This document shows, in pieces, positions 1 through 9,000 of a stretch of 64,000 nucleotides of DNA. The stretch lies in assembly GCA_016860985.1 (NCBI GenBank), contig BOKM01000001.1, positions 655,462-719,461 on the forward strand. The letters run 5' to 3'. Position numbers and translations under genes: made by a program. Origin of the DNA: Patescibacteria group bacterium. GTDB lineage: Bacteria; Patescibacteriota; Dojkabacteria; GCA-002793355. Every line of letters begins with the position of its first letter. Position 1 is the first letter of the stretch. The notes below the pieces were generated by a model that had not been told where the DNA came from, did not search any database, and worked only from the letters and a program-made list of their open reading frames with translations.

Positions 1-1
1 T

Positions 2-3000
2 GGTGCGGGTAATACTGCAGGTGGCGCTGGAAATGTAGTTGGAGCAACAGGTAATACCATCGGTAATAAAGATTATCCATTAACCCTCGGTGGCGCAGGT
101 GGTGCGGCAGGTGGCGGTGGAGTTGGTGGAAATGGTGGTGGTGCTATAAAAATTGAATCAACCGGAACCGTTACAATCAACGGTTTAATTACTGCTAACG
201 GTCTTTCTGGCCAGAAAAGCGCAGACAATCAAACATCAGGTGGTGGTGGAGCAGGTGGTTCGATTTGGGTTGAAGCTCAGATATTAGCAGGAACTGGTCA
301 GGTAAAGGCAGAAGGTGGAAGCACTGATACATCAGCAAGTTACTACGGTGGTGGTGGTGGTGGTGGTCGAATCGCGTTGATTTGTACTGCGTCTACGACT
401 TTTCCATCTCAAAATGTAAGTGTTGCCTTTGGTATCGGCTCTCAAAATGGTCAGGTTGGTACGTTGGTTGGTCCAGGTTGTAAGCCATCAAACCCACAGG
501 TCCTTAAGTTCTACGAAAAGAACGCAACTGCAGGAAGGGTCGATCGTGAAATATTGGTTGGTGAATTAACTACAAAAACTGCCCTTACATTCGCCTCCGA
601 TTTGGCAGGCAGCAACTTGAAACTAGAAGTAGAAATACGCGAAAAGGCGCAGTCGTTTACAAATACCCCAACAAATGCGCAAGTGACTGCCTTGAGCAAC
701 AAAACGTGTACAGGTATTCCTGCAACAAATAACGTTACAATATCCACCTATTGTGGTTATGTAGAAGTAACAACGGGGCTGAGTACAAGTAAGGAATACA
801 AGTGGCAGGCGCGTGTAGTTAGCACGTCAGGTATTCCATCGGCATGGGTTCAGTTTGGAGAGAACTCGACCTCAGATTATGATTTTGTTATTTCTGGCGC
901 AGCTTCTTCGATTATAATTCTTGACGGAAATAGCCAATCTGCCGTCGTCGGTCAGTTGGTTGCCACAAAGCCAAAAGCAAAAGTCGTTGATGCTGCAGGT
1001 TATGGCGTGCCATTTTATGCATTAACCTCTTGGTCGGTATTAACTGGAGGTGGAACGCTTTCGAATTCTGTGATTACCACTGATAAGTGGGGTGAAGTAA
1101 CAACCGATTGGGCTCTTGGTCCAACGGCAGGAGTTGCGAATAACTCAATTAAAATTAGTAAGACGACTCCGGCTTTAAGTGCAACCTTTACTGCAAGCGC
1201 ACTTCCGGGTGCAGTAGCAAGCTATACGGTAGATGCGGCATCCAACACATCCTTGATAAACACTCCATTCACCTATACGGTAACTGCAAAGGATGGTTAT
1301 GGAAATATTGTTCCTTTTGTTGGGGCCCTTTCTGTAGTCCCCGTTTCGTCACAAGATATAAATAGTCCTGGGCTTGGCTCACTGCTTCCTTCATCTATCG
1401 TTTTTGACCAACAACAGGAATCTTTGCCAAATGCGTTGTATAAAGATGGGGCAACTGGCTCAATTTCAATTACAACAGCGACTTACTCGTATGCAGAGAG
1501 TATTAAACTAAAAGTATTCGATTCTCTCGGAAATCAAGGTTTTTCAAGTTCAATTTTCTTTGTAGAATCTGTCGGAACATGCCCTTCTGTCGTTATCGAT
1601 CGTAACCAAACATGGAACGCAATAGATGCGCCGGGTGGTATTTTTGATTGTAGAGGGTTTGGACAATTTACTGTACGTGCTGGTTATACCTTAACTCTTC
1701 AGGGTTACAATAACGGCGATACAAACTATACAAATGACTATGGTGTGACTATCTTGATGGATAGTCTGAAGGTGGAAAATACTGGAGTAATGTCTGCAAA
1801 CGGAACAGGGTATCCAAGCAGATCTGGTGTTGGTAGCGGTGTACATGGTGGCTATCAAAGAACACTAGCTACACTTCCATATGGAAATGTATATGAGCCT
1901 GTTAGCTTTGGAAGTGGCACAATGCGCTCCTATGCAGGGCGGACAAGTACCGGTCACGGTGGTGGTGCAATTAAACTTGTTGTTGACGGAAACTCGCTAA
2001 TTGATGGTGTAATTTCAGCAAATGGAACAAATGCAACTAATGGGGAATCATCTGATGGTGCTGCAGGTGGAAGCGTATGGATTGATACACAGGGGCTAAG
2101 CGGAGCAGGCTCAATACAAACAAACGGTGGTAACGGTAAATCAGGCTCTTTCTCGGGAAGTTATGGAGGAGGAAGCGGTGGGCGCATCGCAGTCTACTAC
2201 GACAGCAATAGTGGTTTTTCGCTAGATGCTTCACATCTTCAATCTTATGCTGGAACGGCTGGTGGTGGCTACAGTGGAGCTGGTACAGTGTATGTCGAGA
2301 ACACACAAACTGATACCTCACACGCAGGAAAGTTGATTATTGATAATAATTCACACAATGGACTTACAGCAGGCATGCCAGAGGCAACCTACTCTTTCAG
2401 TAAAATTTCAGCAACCCGATATGGCCATGTCGAATTTATTGGCCAGAACAGTATCCTTAATCTTTCAAGTGGGAGCGAGCTCGAAGGCGACAATACAAAG
2501 CCATTGATAAAAGTATCTGGTACATTAAATTACACAGGTAACTCACTTCTGACAATCGATGGCGTAGATCTTGGTATAAATGGTAAGGTACTTGGTGTCC
2601 AAGATATTTCTATAGGTGGAACAAACGCAGCCGGAGTAACATTATATGCGAATACTTGGTTTTACAATAAAACTACGACTCACAGTTTTAATGATGTGAC
2701 AGTAAATGGTAATGGTATTCTTTCCCTTGTTTCCTACCAGAATGGTACAACTTCAATTACAGACGATTATGGAGTTACGCTTTCATTAAACTCCTTAACT
2801 GTTGCCAGTGGTGGGTTTGTAACTGCAGATGGACTAGGATATCCCGACGATGTTGGTGTAGGTAGTGGTGTGCACGGTGGTTATCAAAGGAATCTCGCGA
2901 CTCTTCCGTATGGTGATATTTATGAACCTGTAACTTTAGGTAGTGGAACTATTAGAAACTACGCAGGCTGGACGAGTACAGGTCACGGAGGTGGAGCGAT

Positions 3001-6000
3001 GAAGCTAATAGTTGCTGGTTCAATGACGGTTAATGGAACAGTGACTTCTAGTGGTAAAAATGTGACTGATGGCCACACAGCAGATGGTCCAGCTGGTGGA
3101 AGTGTATGGATTTCTGCACAGACACTTACCGGAAGTGGAACGATTAAAGCAAATGGTGGAAATGGATTATTAAACTCCTTCGGAGAAAGTTACGGTGGGG
3201 GAAGTGGTGGTCGCGTTGCTGTTTATTATGGTACAAGTAGTTTTCCAGAGGCAAATATTCAGGCCTACGCAGGTGGAAATGGAGGCACGAACTACTCTGG
3301 AGCTGGTACAGTGTATATAGAACAGCTTGGAGTCGATACGCCAAAAGGTGGAACGTTGATTGTAGATAACAATAATCATAATGGTCAGTTTTCTGGTGTT
3401 ATTGAAGGAACTTACCAATTGAAAAAGATTCAGGCAACGCGCTACGGTCATGTCGAATTTATTGGCCAGAATAGTGTTTTGAACCTCGTTAGCGGTCAAG
3501 GAATGGTTGGTGATAATACGAAGCCTCAGATTAAAATTTCAGGTACGCTACAATACTCAGGTAGCGGAGTGCTCACCATCGACGGAGTTGACTTAGGAGT
3601 AAACGGCAAAACGGTCGGTATACAAGATATAACAATCGGCGGATCTAATCCTGCAGGCCTCACACTTTATGCAAAAACATGGTTCCATAGCAATATTAAT
3701 CCCTATTCTTTTGGCGATCTTACGGTTATGTCAAATGGAACGGTTAGTATGGTGGGATATCAGAATGGTGCGGCAACGTATACAGATGATTATGGTGTAA
3801 CACTACTTGCGACAGGTATTAATATCGCCAATGGTGGGAGTATTACGGCAGATGGGTTGGGGTATCCCGACGATGTTGGCGTAGGAAGTGGTGTACATGG
3901 TGGTTACCAGCGAAATGATGGAACTCTTCCTTACGGAAACATATATCAACCTATTACATTAGGAAGTGGAACGTTAAGAAACTATGCAGGTTGGACAAGC
4001 ACGGGGCATGGTGGTGGTGCAATAAAACTTGTTGTTACTGGAGACACAGTGGTTAATGGAACCTTAACAGCAAGTGGGAAAAATGTAACCGATGGTCACA
4101 CTGCAGACGGTCCAGCCGGTGGAAGTATCTGGCTAGATACGCAAACACTCTCTGGTAGTGGAACAATCAAAGCAAATGGTGGAAATGGCCTATTGAATTC
4201 TTTTGGAGAGAGCTACGGTGGTGGAAGCGGTGGGCGCATTGCAGTGTATTACAATACAAACAGCTTTCCCGTCGCAAGTATTCAGGCCTATGCGGGTGGA
4301 AACGGTGGTACAAATTATTCTGGTGCTGGCACTATCTACATTGAAGACAAGTCAGTTGATGTGAGCGGTAAAGGCAAGCTTATTGTCGATAATAATATGC
4401 ATAATGGCATGCTTTCCGGAGTTCCTGAAGGTAGTTATAGTTTTAAAGAATTACAGGCTACCCGTTATGGCCATGTCGAGTTTATTGGTCAAAACAGTGT
4501 GCTCAATCTTGTTAGTGGTGCAGGGATGATGGGTGATACAACCCAATCTCAAGTAAAAATATCTGGTACCTTAGAGTACTCCGGTGTGGGGACACTTACA
4601 GTTGACGGGGTTGACCTTGGAATAAATGGAAAAACGCTTGGAATCGAAGATATAGCAATTGGCGGTTTAAATCCAGCGGGGGTCACGTTGTACGCGAAAA
4701 CATGGTATCACAGCAATCTCGTTCCCTATAGCTTCGGAGATGTTACGGTTGAAAGTAATGGAACCTTATCTTTGCAATCATTCCAAAATGGTGCTGCTTC
4801 TTACTCGGACGACTTCGGTGTAAACCTTGGAATGACTTCGTTGAATGTAAAGAGTGGTGGCGTGGTTACCGCTGAAGGTAAAGGGTATCCAGATGACATT
4901 GGAGTAGGAAGTGGAGTACACGGTGGCTATCAACGAAATGATGGAACGCTACCATATGGTGATGTTTTTGAACCAGTAACCTTAGGAAGTGGAACACTTC
5001 GGAATTATGCGGGTTGGACTAGTACTGGTCATGGTGGTGGCGCTATAAAACTCGTTGTTTCTGGAGACACAATTGTAGATGGAATTATTACAGCAAATGG
5101 AACAAATGTAACGAATGGCCACACCGCAGATGGTCCAGCTGGTGGAAGTATTTGGTTGGATACACAATCACTTACTGGTACCGGAACAATTTCAGCAAAT
5201 GGTGGAAATGGCTTACTGAACTCTTTCGGTGAGAGCTATGGTGGTGGATCAGGCGGAAGAATTGCAGTGTACTATCAGTCAAGTAATTTTCCAGAGGCAA
5301 ATATTCAAGCCTATGCTGGCGGAAACGGCGGAACTTACTATTCAGGAGCAGGAACCATTTATCTTGAACACAAAGGTACTGATACCAATAAAGGAGGGAA
5401 GTTAATCGTCGACAATAACGGTCACAATGGTGGCTTCTCTGGAGTGAAAGAAGGTGTCTACAACTTCAAAGAAATCCAAGCAACACGTTATGGTCATGTG
5501 GATTTTATCGGGCAGGAAAGTAGAGTTACATTGGCAGCTGGAGACAGTATAGTTGGAGACAGCACAAAGCCACAGGTAAAGATGTCTGGAACTCTTGTGT
5601 ATACAGGGAGTGAGACTTTCGCTGTAAGTGGCTATAATCTTGGCATAAATGGAAAGGTAGAGGGTATACAAAATATAACTATTGGTGGGCAAAATGTTGG
5701 AGAAATGACGCTTTATGCTCGAACATGGTTCCACAATCAGACGGTTCCATTTACCTTTGGAGATTTACTTGTAAAGAGTAATGGACTTTTGTCACTTGTG
5801 TCGTATCAAAATGGAGTAGGACAAACCTCAGATGATTATGGAGTATCATTAAATCTCTCTAATCTTGAGGTAGAAGTCGATGGAAAAATTACCGCAGATG
5901 GTTTAGGGTACCCTGTTAATGTTGGTGCAGGCAGTGGTGTTCATGCGGGATATCAACACAATCTTTCAACAGTGCCGTATGGTGATATGTATGAACCTAC

Positions 6001-9000
6001 CACCTTAGGTAGCGGTATTATGAGGTCCTACGCTGGTTGGTCAAATCTTGGTGCCGGTGGTGGCGCAATAAAAATCTTTGTTAATGGAACAACGTTATTA
6101 AATGGATCACTTTCAGCAAATGGTATCGATGGTAATGGAGAGGCTACAGATGGTGGTGCTGGTGGAAGTATTTGGCTCGATACAGGGTTGTTGCAAGGTA
6201 CAGGAACAATCAAAGCCAATGGTGGCGCAGGTAAAAATGGCTATGGTGGTGGTGGATATGGAGGTGGTACTGGTGGCCGAATCGCTGTCTATTACGAAAA
6301 CAATGATGGTTTCGATTTAACAAAGACGAGTACTCAAGCCTTTGGAGGACTCGGTGGGGGTGGATACAGTGGACCTGGTACGGTTTATTTAGAAAATGTC
6401 ACTACAGACGCACCAAAACAAGGTAGTCTGAGAATTGACAACAACGGACATACTGGTCGAGCGCAAAACTTTGCTGCTGGTACTCATACCTTTGAAGATG
6501 TTGAAATAGGTCAAAATGTTACCGTTTGGGTCTCAAGTGATTTGGATGCAGTACTTGATCCTTTGTCGGTTGCTGTAAAGCATGAGTCGCTTACTGAATC
6601 TGCCACGGTTGTCTCGTATGGCATGAACGACGATCTTGTAAGTGCGTATCTTGATTCATCAGGTAATAAAAAACATGCAACTGGTAGTGAATATATTCAA
6701 TCTGTTGATGGTAAGTTCGGTAATGCGCAGCGCTTCCTCGCGGGTGATATTGGTATGTCTTTTGAGTCAATTTCACTGCCAGGTGACTGGAGTATAGATA
6801 TGTGGGTTAAATTCCCTCTACCTGCCACGCCAGAAGGTTGGAGAACCTTAGTTCACAACAATGGGTATTCCAATCACAATATTATTATTAGTAGTGACGG
6901 ACAACTAGGTGCATACAATAGTGGTTGGTACGATTCAAGTTACAATGTGAACAGTTTAAGTGGATGGCATCATCTTGCTGCGGTTGCTTCGGGGTCGTCC
7001 ACAAAATACTACATTGATGGCACACTAGTAGGCAGTGTTCCAATTGTTATGCATAACTCAATCAATGTGATTGGTAATGGTGGCGTAAACCAACCAGCTG
7101 GCACGTTAGACGAGATTCGTATACAAGACAAAGCAATGAGTTCTGCCGAAATATTGGCAGCTGCAACAGCGACAGAGCCGTATGTCGCCGATGCTTATAC
7201 GCTCGCTTTATGGCATATGGATGAAGAGGTAACTCCGGTTCAAGATGCATCTGTTAACGGTTATGCAGTTTTTGGTATCGGTGCTCCATTACAGTCGGTC
7301 GGAAGGTTTAATTACGGCAAAACGATTGGACAGGGGCAGTTAATGAAAACAGACGCTGTTACACTTGGCGAAAATTGGACTATTGATATGTGGGTGAAAT
7401 TCCCGCTTCCTTCTACTGGTGATGGGTGGAGAACGCTTATTGCTAACGCAGGTGGTACATATCATCCGATAATAGTTAGTTCAGATGGAACAATAGGAAC
7501 GTATAATAATGGCTGGGCTAGTTCTGGGTACAATATTAGTGCCCTTACCGGTTGGCATCATGTTGCTGCCGTTGGTGAGAATACGTCTACAAAAATGTAT
7601 ATAGATGGGCTATTAGTTGGAACATCTGCCTCCAAGGTGACACAAGCAATATCAGCTTTAGGAAATATCGAAGTTAACGGTGCAAGACAACAAGCTGGTG
7701 AAATTGATGAAGTTAGAATCCGAAATAGAGCAGTTGGACCAGATGAACTACTTGCGAATGCCCAAGCTGAATCACTTCCAGCTGTTGATAATTCGACACA
7801 ATTATTGGTGCATTTTGATAATGCAACGGCAAAATATCTTGCAGATGGAAGCGGTGAGGATTTGGACGCTCGAAGTGTTGGAACCGCGTCTGTTATTGGG
7901 AAATATGGTAAAGGTCTTCAATTCACAGGCTTAAGGGACTATGCAGTAGTTCCACAGTTTGAGGCTGATTTCTCACAAGGAATCACTGTTTCGTTGTGGG
8001 CAAATCCAACATCCATCGGGAATTATGCTCGATTCATGGATTTTAATGTAGCTGGTTGTCCTAACGACAATATACTACTTTCTAGAAGTGGAACTTCGAA
8101 TGACCTGTTATTCCAAACATTCCAAGGAACAGGTGGTGCTGCAACACTCGTTGCATCAGGTGCGATTTTGAACAACGAATGGCATCATTACACTGCAACT
8201 ATAGATGGAACTGGAACAGGTCGTTTATATAGAGATGGTGAATTGTTGGTATCCGGACCAATGACCCTTCCACGAAACGTTGCTCGAACGACTAATTACA
8301 TTGGTAAAAGCTGTTCAGGCAGTGACGCTTTGTATACAGGGTTAATGGACGACTTCTCCATGCTAAACCGAGCCCTAAGTAATGAGGAAGTTAGAGCTGC
8401 CTACAATGGCTACACCCTTGCTGAGTACCAAGCATCTCAGGAGCAGTTGGTGGGAGAAGGAGTCCGTCTTATCGTAAAAGGTGATTTTACACTCGCATCG
8501 GGAGCGTCAATAGTTGGTGATGGTGTTGGCTTCCCCTCCGACAGAGGAATTGGTCGTGGTAATGCAGGAGTTGGTTACTCTGGTGGTGGTGGTGGTGCAA
8601 ACGGTGGTAATGGTGGTAATGGTCAGTCTGATGGATCAAACCAACCAGCTCAAGGTGGTTCAAAATTCGGGGATCAGTTGTTGCCTGTTACATTAGGAGC
8701 AGGTGGTGGTGCATCAGGAGTCGGTGCAAAGGGTGGTACAGGTGGTGGATCATTTACCGTTATTGCAAAAGGTAAATTAAGTCCCGAAGGGCAGTATCAA
8801 GATGGAAACATTGTAGTAAATGGAACTATTTCAATGAATGGTACTGCAGGTCTTACCGGTTCTCCAGGTGGTGGTGGTGGTGCAGGTGGTTCAATTCTCT
8901 TGCACGGTAATACATGTGTCATCGATGGAACATTAAGTGCAACAGGTGGTGAAGGCGGAAATAGTGATATAGACGGTGGTAGTGGAGGAGGAGGTCGCGT

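Noticed and set aside
377-379. ORF-track start codon (TTG at 377) for the giant protein
   Set aside because: The same reading frame is open from nt 2 with identical repeat-type sequence and no stop, so the gene simply continues beyond the window edge.
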